From the NCBI GenBank assembly GCA_905178155.1, contig CAJINV010000003.1:8538799-8602798 (forward strand): a stretch of DNA of 64,000 bases, written 5' to 3'. Below are positions 24,420 to 38,915 of this stretch, one piece after another (position 1 is the first letter of the stretch; the number at the start of each line of letters is the position of its first letter). Source of the DNA: Amoebophrya sp. A120. Taxonomy: Eukaryota > Protista > Dinoflagellata. The notes under the pieces were generated by a model. That model had not been told where the DNA came from. It worked only from the letters and a program-made list of their open reading frames with translations, and ran no database searches. The position numbers and the translations under genes are program-made.

Positions 24420-27400
24420 TTGCGATTTTGGAGCTTATTTCAGCCGTTTCGTCATGCAAGAAGCGCAGCAAATCCAAAATCAGGGAAAGTATACTTAATT
24501 CCATGCGTTCTTGGTTTACTTAGTGTTAGTTCCGGACTGATTTGATGAGGAAGAGCGGACTAGGGAAAAATCCACTACCCACACGAGGAGGAGGACCAGC
24601 TGCGTTCTAGCAGCACGCGGAAAGAAGAAGATCACCCACTTTCCCTCCATAGTCCCCCGCTCTGGACGCGGTTCACGCCCAGTGTACTTGTATGGAAGCG
24701 TCAGGATAGCAATCGACAAAGTTGAAAAAATTGTAAATGCAGTGCGTTTCTCTTTCTTGTGTTCTAGGAGGGCACGCGAGTGAGAGCAATTGTCAGCCTG
24801 TTTGGGATTGTTATAGGAGATAGAGCTGCTAGAATGAAAGTAAATCAGTAGCACGACCGAGCTCGTCTTTTTTGCCGACGAAGCATGACAGTGACAAAAT
24901 GGATTTCGGTGCTCGGAAAATTTGTCCTGCGCTGCTTAGAAATTCTTGGATTCCCAAGTGGCACCGAAATTGTGCATCGCAAAGCTTTCACCTTGGTGGA
25001 TTTCGATCGTGACGCTCCCATAAGTACTGGTCGTCGCCCCGGGCCCCGGTGCCGCAGCAAGCGGTAGCTGTGGTTTCGGGAAAAACGAGGGACCGCCTCC
25101 TGCGGCGGCGCCTGCACCTGCCAGTTGTGGCTTGCTAGCAGACATCGTCGTCATCGGTGACGAGGTTGACTTGTTACGGTTTTCCATGGCTGAGGCTTGC
25201 CAAAGTGCTGCGTGGAATGCGTCACTGGTAGTAGACGCAACTGCCCCGGCGCTGCTCTTGGAAGACGCAGCGGCCGCTCCTCCGGGATGCTGGCGGGGCT
25301 GTGGCTGCGAGGAATGGAGGGCGGTAGTAGAGCGCTCCAGGGGGGCAACACCCGTTTTATGGAGGAGCGCGCCTCCATCAGCAGCGGCCAGTGGTGCTGC
25401 AGCTACTACTGCTCCTGCACTAGTACTTGCAGGCGGCGGCGACGCATCGGCCTGACTAGTTGTACCGACGTCCCGCTTGGTGCTGGTCCCATTTCGCAGC
25501 TGAAAATGCAGCGCCGGAAAAAAAGCCTTTCCAACAACAGACGCGATACTTTCAGCGGGAGGTAGCCCTTCTTGTTCTCCCGACACAAGGTCCGCGTTGA
25601 ACCAGACCTCTTGACCAACAACTACGTGCCTTGGCCACACCCCTTCTGGGAGGTGGTCATGCCCGATGTCAATTTTCGGTGTCCCGAACTCCGCTGCCGC
25701 TTCCGGGCAGTCTATGCTCCCGCCGCTTCGCGAGATCCATACACCGATCCTGCCCCGGAATTCGAGCGTCTTCCGTGCGCTTTCGAGGACCTCGTCAAGT
25801 TCATCGCCCGTCGGTCCGCCGCCTCGTAACAAGCCTCCCGATGCAGGAGCGGTGCTGCTGCCACCAGTAATGGCATTAGCGGCTGCACCAGCTGGTGCGC
25901 TGTGCGGCCCGCGGTCCAGTTGATCGCCTGAAGCAAGGCTTTCGACGTCCCTCGGCTGATGATTCGCGGTCAGCTGGAAACCGTCTGCAGCGCCAGGAGG
26001 AGGTCCCCCGTGTTGCTCTCCGTGCCGTCCGGCTGTGGACGAGGCACTGCTCGAGGAAGTGGTTGGGTGTAACTGCGGATGGAGGACGTCCGTTGTCGTC
26101 GGGAGCGGACCTTTGGCGCGTTGCTGGTGCTGCTGGCTGAGCAGGAGGGGGCTCGGCTGTGGATTCCCTTTCCCGCCGCCGCTGTACAGCTGGTCCAAGG
26201 GCGTGAGGCCCAGGACCGACTTGGCCCAGGCCTTGCTCGTGCGCCGCTGGGAATCCGTGATGTCGTTGGCTTTCCGTGTAGTCAGCATGTACAGTGCCTT
26301 GAACGCCTTGCCCTTCTCCGCCGAGACCACCTGCCCGCCCCCCTTGGCGGCTAGCAAAGGCGTCGCGATGTCTTCGCCGTCGGCCATCTTGTCCATCAGC
26401 TCGTCCAAGTATCGGAGTCCAAAAGGGCAGCTCCCCCACTGTCCCTGTCCTTTGGTGGGCATCTTCACTGGTGCCCAGCAAAGGCGCAGCTAACTTATTT
26501 TGCGTGACATGATCAAATTTACGCAGGTGTTACGCACGATCGCAGATGAAGATGAAGTACTGCTTGGGCGGGTGCTGCTCCTGGATCCTGACATGCAAAC
26601 ACTGCAGCTGAAAAAAAGCAGGGCAGCTGCTGGTGGATAGGATAAATTGCCATCATTTTCTTGCAAGAAAAAACATGACAGAAAAAGACTGCGATACAAG
26701 GGGAAGGGCGGGCCGACGAGCTGTGCACTCTGATACTAAGCGTTTTCCATCGATGCGGTCCCACGCCTGCGCGCCAACTAGTTCCCGGATCACACCACGA
26801 AACCATTCGCGGCTGTCTTCACTGATAGGAATTAGCTTGGGGCTGGCGTGCCGATTCCCGCTAGTTGTACTAGCGCCGTTGGGTCGGCCGGAAAGTTGAT
26901 GCTGATCGTCCCCTGTGCCACCTGCGGTGGGAGGAAGGACCACCACGTCGCTGGTGCTGCTGCCGGCTGGAACATGTTGCGTGTTGGCGGCGTTGGAGAC
27001 AGCAGATGCCGCAGTGGCGGCGCTCCTGCTGCCCGGCCTGTTGAGGCTGACTGCGTCAAGCATACTGTCGAACGGATTCGGCAGCGCGAGCGGGACATGC
27101 GGATGTAGTGTGACGGCCTTGTGACCAAAGCCCGCGCTGTATGAGAGTGCACAATCCACCACCCTCCCACTGATTTTTTGGTCGGCATTCTTCACACGCA
27201 ACACGAGCTCTGGCAAAGCAGGCTTTCTTTACATGACAAATTGACGACCGTCGATTCTAGTGCTGTTTCGGCTTCCGGAATCTCTCATCATGCGAGGTGT
27301 GCCAAGAACAAGCATGAAGCGGGTGGCTGTGGTAGATACTTTGCATGAAGACCACAAATGAGGGGGAGGGGGAATCGTGCAATCTCATACGCTGCGGCGC

Positions 27401-28835
27401 CTTTCCTCCTCGTCCGTGCACGGTTTCAGAAAGAAGCTCACCCGCGTCGTTCCGTCCGAACGTAGCGCTGCCATCTGTCGTCGGTCCGCTTGCAGGGGCA
27501 CATTCTCAAACTCTGGACAACGCAAAACCAAACGCTCCGACGTTTCGCCGCTGTTACGACCTGAATGCTCAGGACCTCCGTCCTGCGCCGTGTCTCGTGC
27601 TTTGTCGTCTTTGAGCGACAAGTCTGCACGTGCAGCTGCAGGTTCAGGCGTCTCCGACTCAATCGTACCGTGGTAGAGCGTGTTTTCCGCAACTTCGAAG
27701 ACCCGCCCATCGTCGCACATTACACGTGTCTTCGGCTTGCTCAGAGGTGGTTTGGAAACCAATCCCAGCGGTGCAGCACCGGTAGGCGCAGCGCCTATTT
27801 CTCCGGTAGTTTTTGTTTTGCTGATCTCCGCGCCGTCCTCTTCCCGGCCGCGCGGTGTCAACGCGGTCGGCAGTATGCAGTGCAAATATGTCTGGGTGTG
27901 GACGAAGACTGCAAGGTTTAGCTTTTGGTTTATCATGCTTGGCCTGCTGCATGGTGATGGCCCACAAAGAGGACAAAGAACAAATCTGTCATGCGAGTTA
28001 CCCATGCGACCGAAAGCTGAATTTCTGTGATGCTGGTGAACAAGCAGTCTGCCATGCAGAATATTCAACGAGTATAGCTATAGGAACTCAAAAAGTTGTG
28101 GTCATGATTGGTCGTCACAACTATTGAGGCGCCCCTCGTCTAATCAGCATCATATAAAATAAGTTTAAGTTTCCAGACGCAGCAGACGTATTGATATTTG
28201 CATTTGATAGGCAGTGCGACGCCGAACAGGGTGGGCGCAGGAAGTTGCAGGTACGCGACGCAAGAAGGAGCACCTTTTGCGTCCTTGCTATATGCAAACG
28301 TGAACTCCACCTCCTCTCCGATTTCGAAGCCTTCCACTTTGGTGCCGTCGATATGGAGGTTTCAGGTGGGAAATAATGAACAAAATAGACGATCATGCTG
28401 GGACTGCTCGCATTTGTGAATGAAACGCGACGCGCCAAAACCAAAAAGTCCGCGCATTGCAGGGGGCACCTCCGTGTCGTATCTTTGCCGACCTAAACAG
28501 CATGACAAATTCGGTCTAAGAGCTAGTGAAATTCAAGTTCGCCACGCATCGCTTAGAAATGGCTGCTCCAAGTTCCACTTGTACTATTTCCTACCTGGGT
28601 GTGACACATTCATATTCGGGCACACGAAAATACAGATCCTGATCCGGGAAGAAAGGGTGCAGAGCCTTGCTCTGCAGAAACCCGTACCTGATAGGTCGTT
28701 TAATCTTGTTTAGATTTCAAAAAAGAATACGTCGTGAAAGTGACGATACATAAACATAGAATGCATTATCGTGCTACTTATCATACCCTGTTGAGTCGCC
28801 AGAAGATTTTCGATCTGAGCGAGCGAACGTCCCTA
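24420..28835 (-). CDS. Multi cold-shock/OB-fold-domain nucleic-acid-binding protein, multi-exon; ends uncertain
   Basis: Spliced GTFARSDRKSSGDSTGYGFLQSKALHPFFPDQDLYFRV (RNP1/RNP2-like, 28835-28621). Also EGFEIGEEVEFTFAY, FRGRIGVWISRSGGSIDCPE...VGQEVWFNA and YHGTIES. Long ORF 24936-26468. Confidence 0.6.
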
Positions 28836-29109
28836 GCGAGCACCCATAGTTAGAAAGAAGCTCGGCTCCCCTTCAAAGAAAGGGCCCAGGCGAATTCAAT
28901 AAAATCAAAGAGCACAGCAATAATTTCGGAGGCCGGGGGGGATCTCCTTCAGTGGACTTCAGCACGTGCGATCAATCTCTCTTTAGTCTCAGCTATCGCG
29001 GCCTCCATGGCCTTCCGAGACGCTAAGCTGACGCCGCGAAAACCACCATCAGTGGCGAATTTCCTTAAAGAACTCCTCCCGCTGGAGAGCGCCGTCACTA
29101 GCGGTGCCC

Positions 29110-29525
29110 TCATAGGTGTACCCCACTCCCTCTTCCCCGCTGGGAAGCGCCCCGCAAAGGCGGAGTGGCACCGTTGCGCACTCAGAGCGCGCTACTAGCT
29201 GCCATTCTTTCCTGCGCAATCCCAATCCTCATCCTCCTAACTCCCTCCTCCCCGCTGGGAAGCGCCCTCATTGGTGGAGTGGCACTGGGGCGCAGTCAGA
29301 GCGCGCTGGCAGCCCGCCTTTCCTACGCAATCTTCCCAACTCCCTCTTCCCTGCTGGGAAGCACCCTCATTGGTGTAGTAGCTGCACATCTGTGGCGCAG
29401 TCAAACCAGGGTAGCTGCTGCCATTCTTTCCTACGCAATCTTCCTAGCTCCCCCTTCTCCGCTGGGAAGAACCCTTATTGGTGTTGTGGCACTGTCGTGC
29501 ACTCAGAGCGCGCTAGCAGCTACCA
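29110..29525. repeat. Degenerate tandem repeat, about 4 units of 95-115 bp
   Basis: Recurring ctccc(t/c)ctt(c)cccgctgggaagcgccc...gtggcac...cagagcgcgct...ttcctacgcaatc. Confidence 0.85.
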
Positions 29526-31772
29526 GCTTGTACTTATTTCTTGACGCAAGGGCAAGAGCGACAAGGTTCTATATACTTTACTTTTTCTGAATACGTGAAT
29601 GCATTACAGCGCAAATGGAAATGTCGGACAACGTCCACGCTGGCTCTTTCCACAATCCCACCCAGAGGGGCCGCGGAACTTGAAGACCAACAACGCCACG
29701 CGTTAGGATCAGCTTCTAGGAATCATGTACCGGCCCAAATCTTTCAAATAGAAATAAGAAAGGGGGAAAACTACTCCTGCGAGTCACCCCACGAAAAGTA
29801 TCTACTTCTACAGCTACAAAGGTAGCTGTGTCATTAAGATTTTCTGATGGGGATTTTTGCATATTTGCATGGTGGTGGAGTTCGAGTTACCAAAACTCAA
29901 GAAACTGCAGCAAGTATATTGTGGACATATTACGCGCAAGTCGTAGTACCTTTGGTATGCTGGAACAAAAAAACACTTTCACAATCACGGTTTTGTAAGT
30001 TTACGTTTTGCAATACATAGCAATTGCGCGTGCGTGCGTAGAAATCTGACATGTCGTATTCTTGTTCGTTTGGGAGCAGAACGAGAACCATATAAAAACC
30101 TTGACTCCTGTGATGCATTAGCACTACTCAGTAAAAACTACAATGGACGAGGAGTCTTTTTCAATTCCGATTCGCAAAATTGCACGGAACTACAAGTGGC
30201 ACAACCTAAAAGTGATTGCAGTCGTGTTTTCTTTTTGAATACTTGGCCCGGAAAACATTTTTTCACAACTCCTTTGAGAGGCTTGTGTCCGAGGTGCTGG
30301 TGCGCGAGCTCGGTGGCACGAAACGGGTCCAACCCCCGTCCGAGAAGAACTCTTCCATGCTTTACTAAAATCTCATTTTGCATCTGACGAACAAGTTCGG
30401 GTTCTGCAACAGAAAATCACTTTCACCCCTGTGCCTGTTGATCAACATTTTTTCATCCATGATGCGTGTGCAGCGTGCCCATGTTGCCAATGATGAAGAT
30501 GCAGATCCTCGCTATCATTTATTTATTCATAGTGGACAACTGTGGTAATATATACAAAAAGGAGTCTTTCTCTTTGTCTTCTGGTTGCACTGCAGATAGT
30601 TTTTAGGCAGCATCATGTAGAAATCGATAAATCAATGCCGAGTTGCAGCCAGGTGGTGACGATTTTCAAAGGATACGGCATCCAAGTGGCCAAGCACGTC
30701 ATCGGGACTTCCCAACACGGATGGGGCGACGGGGTCCGGCATTGCGTTAAAGTTCACGTCTCCAGGTATCATACAGAAACAGAATCGAGCGCGCGCTTCT
30801 TAAGATGACCGGGAAAAATCCTCCCGCGTGCAGGTGTGTAATCCTAGAAGTAGAGAAATAGAACAACAACTGCAGTAGTGAGAAAAAATTCGGCATACAG
30901 AGCAAGAACCTTCGAGCTTGTACATCTGTGAGAGAAAGTCTATGGAGTTCTAAAGCGTTTTTACGCTATCAGCTGTTACATGAGTGCGCGATGTAAGAAT
31001 AGCACGAGGGGAAGGGGGGGCTTGCAGCTCTCGCCTATAGTACAAACTCGGCACGGAGGACGTCCATGCTACGTATTCAACCCTTCGAGCATTTGTCACG
31101 CGAAGCAGCCTGATCGCGTGGATGCAGAGATAGAAATCCTGCGCGACGAATTCATGTAACGTTTGAATATTCCATAAAGTTAAGAGAAACTACATCACAA
31201 AAAACGCGGCATGCCTGAGGAAGACGCTGTGGCCTCGTCTATGTATCGACAGCGACCACGTGTGTCTATATCTGCATTGCAAATCACTTTCATCTTACAC
31301 GATCATCGAGACACTCACTTCATAATTTTCTGATTCTGTGTGATACTGTGCGTGTTTGCGGCGTGGACTGATGAGGAGCCTCGGTAGCTTTTGTCGTGCT
31401 CGTATGAAAATGGACATATTGTCCCCCTCCGCATCACCATCACTTGAGGAGCATCTGCAGCGCGACCGACAAGAGCGTTAATGTCTACGTCAACGCACTT
31501 ACGTAGAACAAAAAAAAACGTACATAGCTCCTCCTGCAGTCGTAGCATCTTCATGCTTGAGAAGTAAAGTTCGTTAACCTCACCTCACGAGTCGCGCAGA
31601 TCGCGTCTGGGCATATGGCAGCACCCGAGCCCTCCGAGCAGGCGCTTAAGCTTTAGGCCCTTGTCACATGCAAGAACTGGAAGGAAGGACGAGGAAGACT
31701 CGGACACCAGCGGTCATACATACATAGGACTTTGGATTTTGGATGAAAACTGAGCGGCGGGGGAGTCGTGAT

Positions 31773-34700
31773 CTACTTTGATAGGTGGTCGAAGACCTGT
31801 TGCGCGGCTTTGTTTCCTCCGGTAGAGCCGGTGCTTCGTGCCGACCGTGGCGGCGGGAGCACGTCCGCGCCAGCTTTGGGAGTCTTTTTGCCTCCCGCGC
31901 TGGAAGAGCCCGGCGCGGCGGCGGCGGCGGGGACGGCGCCGCTGGATAACGAGGTCGCGTTGTTCTTGTTCAGGGTTTCCACCTTCCCCTGTTCCGTCAC
32001 GCGACCAAACAGAATGGGGGGCACCACCACTGCAGCTGCGCCGGCACGGGGCTGCGTCGAGGACGAGTTCTTACTTTTGCTAGCGTTGCCTTTGGCCGCA
32101 GCAGCTTTTTTGCTCTCCGAAAACTCGGAGCCGGACTCCATATCCATAGGCATTCCTAGTTCTTCCGCCGCAGTAGACCGTATGAAAGTGGACAAGAACT
32201 GCTCCCTCGTGTTTCCCTCAAAAGAAAAGCTAGATACGCATCTATAGACGCGACGCAAATAGCTGTTATATTATACATACACATAGAACTGGAGCTGCCT
32301 GGAGCTTTTGCAAGGCCAGTTCACGCCCAGAGTGTGGTGCTTGAGTGCTGTGGGGCTTCCTCCAGCACTTGGTAGTTGTGTATGGAAACACAAGCAGATA
32401 GGATGCGTCTGGAAGTTCGACGAGTTACTTACGATTTGGCATACATATTTATTGTATTCAATTCGTATCATTTTCATTTTGCGTGACAAGTGAGCGGGTG
32501 CACAGGTAGAGCAAGGAGTTGTGCACTATTATAGCCTGCGCTTCGGTTGGAGGCTGTTCTCCTGCGTGCCCCGTCCGGGAATGCTGTGGGACGGGTGGCG
32601 GCAATAGTTTTCCCTGCCCCGGCCCGCCCACGTGTTCGTATCCGACCCTGGGCCTCTTGCTTCCCGTGGGCGCGGTCGCATTTGTTGCAGCACCGCCGGG
32701 GTGGTTCCTTTGCTTGCTTCCCGCCGCCTTGCTGCCTTTGCCTTTCTGCGGTCTTTTTTGAGAAAAGTCGGCGTTTGTTTGTTGTTGCTGCCCTGCCGAT
32801 ATGTGAGTCGTTGTGGACCGTGTATCAAGCTGAAAAGCTGCCCACACCCTAAAAATGTCATGCATATTTATTATAATCATGCAAGAAGAAAACGGCTCGC
32901 TAACAAGAACATGCAACAATGCTAGTAGGAGTTCGCAGTGACAACTTCTGACATCATGACGCAGGGCGGCCGGGCACTTGTCATCTTGATAGGTTGGCCC
33001 ATTGTTTCTAGATGGAGACCGATCCTCACCGTCCCCGGATGAGGAGGAGGAAGAGCTGGAGGACTCCTCGGACCGCTTACGCTTTTTTGCCGGACCAGGT
33101 TGCGTTCCGCCAGGGGGCAACACATTCGGCGGGCCATAGCCAGCGAAGCTCATCGGGTGCCCGCTTGGTGGTGCCTGTGCTGCCGACGTGTTCGGGGAGG
33201 ACAATGCGTGCTGCTGCGGGGGTGCGACATGTTGTGGGTGCGGAGGAACTCCGCCAGGAGGGGGCGCCTGAGGTCCTCCCGGGGGAAAGTACGAATACAA
33301 CGGCGGCGGGGGAGCAGGTCCTCCGGTGCTCGATGTTGGGTCATACTGGTGTGGCGGTGGAGGTGGTGCACCGGGATGGTGGTAGGGAGGCGGAGGTGCC
33401 CCTGCTCCGGGCGGCGGGCCCGGCCCGACTTTGCCGAACGCGCCGGGTCCTCGTTGGTGGTAGAGTGCCATGCCAGGGGGTGGAGCTCCGGCAGCTGGTC
33501 CTCCTGCGGCCGCTGGTCCTGGTCCTCCTCCCCGGTACGCGGCATTGTACTTGCCGCCCGGCGGCGGGCCAGCCGGCGGTGGTCCGGCTGCTCCCCAGGC
33601 CGCGGGCGGAGCGCCTTTCGTAGCAACGGGTGGCGGTGCGACCAGCTTTCCCTTGGCGTTAGTCTTTCCGTGCTGCACCAGCCCGGGATCCAGTGCGACG
33701 TGGCCGGGCGGAAGAACTCCGCCGGGTGGCTGACCCAGGGGAACGGCGATATTTGTTCCTGGGTTGTACTGGTGGTGGTAGCTACCTTGTGGCGGTCCGT
33801 AAAAGCTCATAGTCTGCTGGGGCGGGGGGCCCGGGGCGGCTACGCCGGCGGCAGGAGGGCCGGCAAGTCCGGCACCCGGTGCCGGAGGGGGTGGCCCAGC
33901 TGCCGGCGCTCCCCCCGTATTCACGTGCGGGCGCGGGTGGTGCTGGTGCTGGCCGACCGGCGCGACCGCATTCGATGCTCCTACGACAGCCGGGTCGGCA
34001 GATACTGTTGCTCCACCTGCGTTGCCCGGCAAGCTTCCCCCCGTGCCTCCTCCTGGCAGGGCTGCAGTAACCCCTGGGGGCGCGGTGCCGGCGGCTGCTG
34101 CATTCGCCGGGCCTCCGTAGGGGTTCAGACCTTGCACTGCGCCGAGGTCTTCCTTGCTGCGCTCCTGCTGCTGTTCTTTTCGCTCTTTCTTCTTGGCTTT
34201 CTTTTCCTTCTTCTCTTGCTCCTTTTTGGCTTGCTTTTCTTCTTTCTTCTGTTTCTTTTCCTCGTCCTTCTTCTTCCGTTTTGCCTCTTTTCGAGCCTTT
34301 TTGTCGTCGTCTTCCCGGTCTTGCGCTGCGCTTGCACTGCTTCCGACGCCGGTCTTCTTGTTCGCTCCTGCGCTACCACTTTCTTCCTTGTGTGCCTCGT
34401 CAAGACTTGGAGACGGGGATCGACTGCGCTTTCCGCCAGTAGCAGCTGTAGGAATATATGCTGGCACTTCATCTTCTGCTGACGGCGCGACGGCAACACG
34501 CTTTGGCGGCAGCGGTACTAGGGGCAACTTCCTCAGCGATGTCGAAGTAGAACCCGCTTGCTCGCCCACGCCCTCCGCCATTTGGGGGGGCGCTGTCTCA
34601 TCATCCGGCGTTCGTGCTGGACCCGCGGCCGTGCGCGCGATTACAGGAACATTCCTCCGACGGCGACCCGGGACCTCCATTGCTCCTTCTTCAAACGTCG

Positions 34701-34900
34701 TGGACTCGCACTTCCTTCCGTTGCTGAAGATGTGTGCGCGTCTACCTTGCAGCACGGGTTATTCTGGGTCAGGGCCAGACAGTAGAGTACTTGAGTGGTA
34801 CCGTAGCCCTTGTTCCTGAGCCAAAAATAGCAGCTGTTTTCTTTTCGCAATCGCTGGATATCAGCCACGGATCGGCGGATAGGATCCAGCCAACACGGAG
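31773..34900 (-). CDS. Pro/Gly/Ala-rich protein with a Lys/Glu-rich tract; multi-exon, ends uncertain
   Basis: 765-codon ORF 32458-34755 with poly-Pro and KKEEKKQ runs and an NLS-like PAKKRKR. Further exon 31773-32258. Probable upstream exons at 35900-36700. Confidence 0.6.
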
Positions 34901-37900
34901 CTTATAATTTCAAATTTGTTCTGGCGTTGATGTTCCTACTACTTTCGCTTGGTATTATTCTGGCGTTACTACGCAGTATTCGTATAATATTGTCACGACT
35001 TCGACGGGTTCGGCCTCATCAGCTTCTGTGCCTGCTTTAGTGCTCGCGACTGTGCTGGCAGGTCCGCCGACTTTTCACTTTTGACAGCCCGCAGGAGCAC
35101 CCTCATCATCTATAACCTCGCAAGCTACAACTTCATCGCGCTTTTCTTAAAATAGAAAACAATAGCTTGATGTTAGCTTCTATCTACTCAGTCACCGCCA
35201 CCGCTCGCATTGTAGTGCGAGACAAGCTTCGTCTTCGTGTCGCTCCGTAAGCATAAAACTGCCCTCAATAATGGCTTCTCTCTCGGCGTTTTCGTCTAAC
35301 TGTTCTTATTCCATCATCTGTATAAAATTAAAACGCAAGAACATACAGTTACAGAAAAATAAATCAAAGAAGTCAGTGGCAATTTCTTCTCGATCCTATT
35401 CGTACTTTCAATGAGTCTGCAGCTGCGTGAAACAATGATCCACGACTGGTGCGCGGTAGCAACAACATCGAACAACTGCTCTGTTGGTTGAAAGGCACTA
35501 CATAAAAGAAACCTGCTAGAAGTGCTGTCGTTAGAAATAAAATGCGTCGCTGTGGTGATAAAATCAAAATGTTATATCGAGGCAAAGAAATAATATAGGG
35601 CTCCTTGATGTCTGCGATCATGTACTGAATCAACGAACACGATCAAATTGATTTCACACTTACGATAATCTATAATTTGACTTCAGCCAGCGCACTCTGG
35701 TGTATTATGTAGTAGTGATCGATGCTAGATCTCTGGAAGTATCCATTAGTTGCGCAGCGTCATTTATTTAAAGTACTTAGCATCAATATTCTTGTTCATC
35801 TTCAAGCACAGAACAGAAACTCAGACTCGCTGCGCTCATCTATCGTCCTCCCTCACCACAACTCAGAAAAGGCACCCCAGAAATGTCACCACCTAGTTCG
35901 GCCCGTTCACTTCGTTACCGCGGAGCAATAGGACTTCGAGACCAGCAGTACGTCAACGACTGCAATGCGCCGCAGCGCAGGAGCAAGGAAGTCCCGACTC
36001 TTCCCAGTTGCAGCACGATAACGCTCGTCACTTATGTCATCCACTACTTCGGTCAATACATCGTACTAGAATCCGAATGCTAATACTATATACATATTCA
36101 TATTCTGTTAAGCGGAACCGTGACCATCGCCACCCCCGCCTGTCCGGCCTGAACCGCCAGCGGGCGAGCAACTGGAAATGCGCCACCCTGTGTTCGCTGC
36201 AGTACTTCCAGGACATTCATCAGGGAAACACTGTTCTAATTTTTAGACATGTCGAACGCACTGCGCGCGAGCAGTCAAAGCCTGGCCCCTTTTATAGGGG
36301 GGGCTCGGGGCTCCGCGTTAGCAAAGAGGCAGAACTCGCAATCCGTTCAAGGCGGGCACCAAATCTGTCCGGACGAAGTCAGTGCGTGCCAGAAGAAGTA
36401 GTGTCTCAATTGCAATATTTACTTCCGTGCGAAATTTTTCCGGTGCGGTTTCATTTATCTGCCGAAGGGAAATGATTTTATAAACCAATTTGCCGCTCAT
36501 CTTGCGCCCATAATCCGGGAGGCTGCAGCGTCGAAGTGTTTGCTTATTTATTATATACATCAAGACATACATGATCTGGTGAAAACCTACTTCGAATCCT
36601 CGCGCCAGCACTTCGCTTGTTTTCATGATGATCAGCCAAGTTATTTCAGCACTCTCCTCAAACACTGGCGATCAGTTCCGAAGACTCGCGGATCAGGCCC
36701 AATGCTTCAAGACGTGGATGATATGCCGTGCACCAAATAAAACGTCCCCAGCTTCCCGATCATGTTGTTATGCAAATCTGAGGCCCAGGCCGCCTCGATT
36801 CGCAAGATGCTGCCTCCTTCTGCGGATTTTGCAGCACGGAGTTACCTTCCGAGGCCCGGTCGGCTGCGCCCCCCCCCCCCCCCCCCCCCCGGGGAGCGTA
36901 TCCCGGCAGGATCCCTTGCGGACCCCTTTGCTACGAGCAGGAATGCGTCTTTTCGCCTTGCCCAAATTCCTTTTCCTCCTGATACTAATTCAAAAATCAT
37001 TATCAATATGTAATTGTAATATCCATGATGGGCTGTCTTGCTTCACTTTCTGAGGGCGCCGCCAGCCCACTTCTCTTGTTGTTATTGATCTTGTAAGTAA
37101 CTGCTGCTGCTTAGTGGATGAAAAAAGGCTCGGAGCTTAGTGGATGAAAAAGAGCTCGAAGGCGGCCGAACTTGAAAAAAATCTAAGGGGCATAGCCATA
37201 TTTTCTTGTCTTTATCATACTAACAAAAAAGCAAAGTCCAGCCTTTTGGCGTAACCCTCGTCACGAAATAAAGTTGGAGTTTGTAGTGATTATTTCTTAG
37301 TTGCAGGGACGGAAGAGCGTGACGACGAAAAAAAAAGACAAACCCTGCGTCGCTTCGTTTCTTCCTCAGTCTGGGATCAACACAATCACGATCACAGGTC
37401 CAATCGAGCTACGAGAAATATTCTTCAACGGGAGCTTCCCGTAGTACGACAAAAGGCAGTCGCACACACAGAAGCCAACTGGCGCTGTCGTTGTGCTTAG
37501 TTGATAAAAAAAGATAAACGCCGTCCTTTGCTTCTCATAATTTGATATATCATATATCCTACTTATTTTGCTCTACCGAGGCAGCTTCCTTGGTTTGATC
37601 TCTCGAAATATCATTACCAAAATTCTATTTTAGTCACTAGCAGCGCGCACACTAATCCTAATGTACGTACGTGGCGACGGCGGGCAGAAGTTATCGCCTA
37701 GTAGATCTCATAGCAGGCAAGGATGTCGAAAATGATTGCGGGAACATAAAAAAAAACACTCTACTTTTGCATATACTTATAATAGGTTTATTAGTGTCTG
37801 GCGCCAGCCAAGGGAGTACAGCGCAACTTTTCAAGGGAGCCAAGGGAGTAAGATAAAAAAGCAGTCGCGCGCGCCAATGTGATCGGCATATAGCAAAAAT

Positions 37901-38915
37901 TTTTTGCGGCGCGCGCTGCGCGCGCGCGGATCGACATCTGTGTGCACACAACAAAAATTTTTGGGGCCGCGCGCTGCGCGCGCGCAGCGAGGCACGTGCA
38001 ACATGTAGGACATGCGCCCACGCGTGGGAATGTTGCGAAGCATCAGCGCGAAGCAGGCAGCATAGGCTACGCGTGTGGGCTTTAAACTTGCTGCGCGTTC
38101 CAACGGCCACTGCAACTCTTCCCCGATTGTTTGGAGAGAGTCGAAGTGGCCGCTTCAACATTTCCATTTCGTATTCTCTGTTCTGCATGGCGTTGAATCT
38201 GGTCACGCAGAACCCCACACGAAAGATCTCGCCAAGCAAATTGCTGAAGTGGCTGCCTCAACTTCCCCCGGACAACGGAAACGCGACGTGGCCACGGCAA
38301 CAGTTTACGCGTTCCTTCGGCTCCACGCTCTATGTTGCCAGGCAGAGGCCACCAGGCCGCCCCGGCAACTCTTGTTGACGGGGGCGACTCTAGAGGCCCT
38401 CACCTTCTTCAAGAGGCCAGGGCCTTCGGCAGCGGGCCAAACCTGGGGCCGCAGCGGGGGGGGCAGCAGGGCCCAAACCGGCGACCGGTAAGCGCGCCCA
38501 TAGCATGCATTTTGGCGATGATTTAAGGGAAAGCAATTTGCACAAGTTTCATCTTCCTCCCTTCGCTCCCTTGGCTCCCTTCGAAGTTTCACTCCCTTGC
38601 CTATAAAATCCTCTATTATAAATAAAAAATAACGCGAACAAGGGACGTCTTGTCTGCTCCTTGGCACTCTACTTTTGCGTCGCCGCTTTGGATTTCGATC
38701 TGGTAAATAAAATCTCAATCAATCTAAAAGTGCGTGAGTCTAATTGGACGAAATGTGGTGCCGTGGGGATAATTTACTTACGTATTATTATACAAAGATA
38801 GCACTCAGTATGTATATGTTGCCGCATCAGTCGTGTGGTGACATCGTCTCTCTATGAACAACAGTGGCGCATATTGTGATACATTTTCGTTGTCGTCCCA
38901 CGTCGCTCTAGTCAG

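Noticed and set aside
33012-34819. Plus-strand ORFs of 200-460 aa (also 46745-47674 and 52756-53646)
   Set aside because: They are antisense shadows of GC-rich coding sequence or repeats, with no recognisable motifs.
36868-36890. Poly-C run read as poly-Pro or poly-Gly
   Set aside because: It is a homopolymer of uncertain length with no supporting coding context.
37865-38030. GCGC-rich duplicated motif as a structured RNA
   Set aside because: It is low-complexity sequence similar to 63060-63480 with no tRNA or rRNA features.
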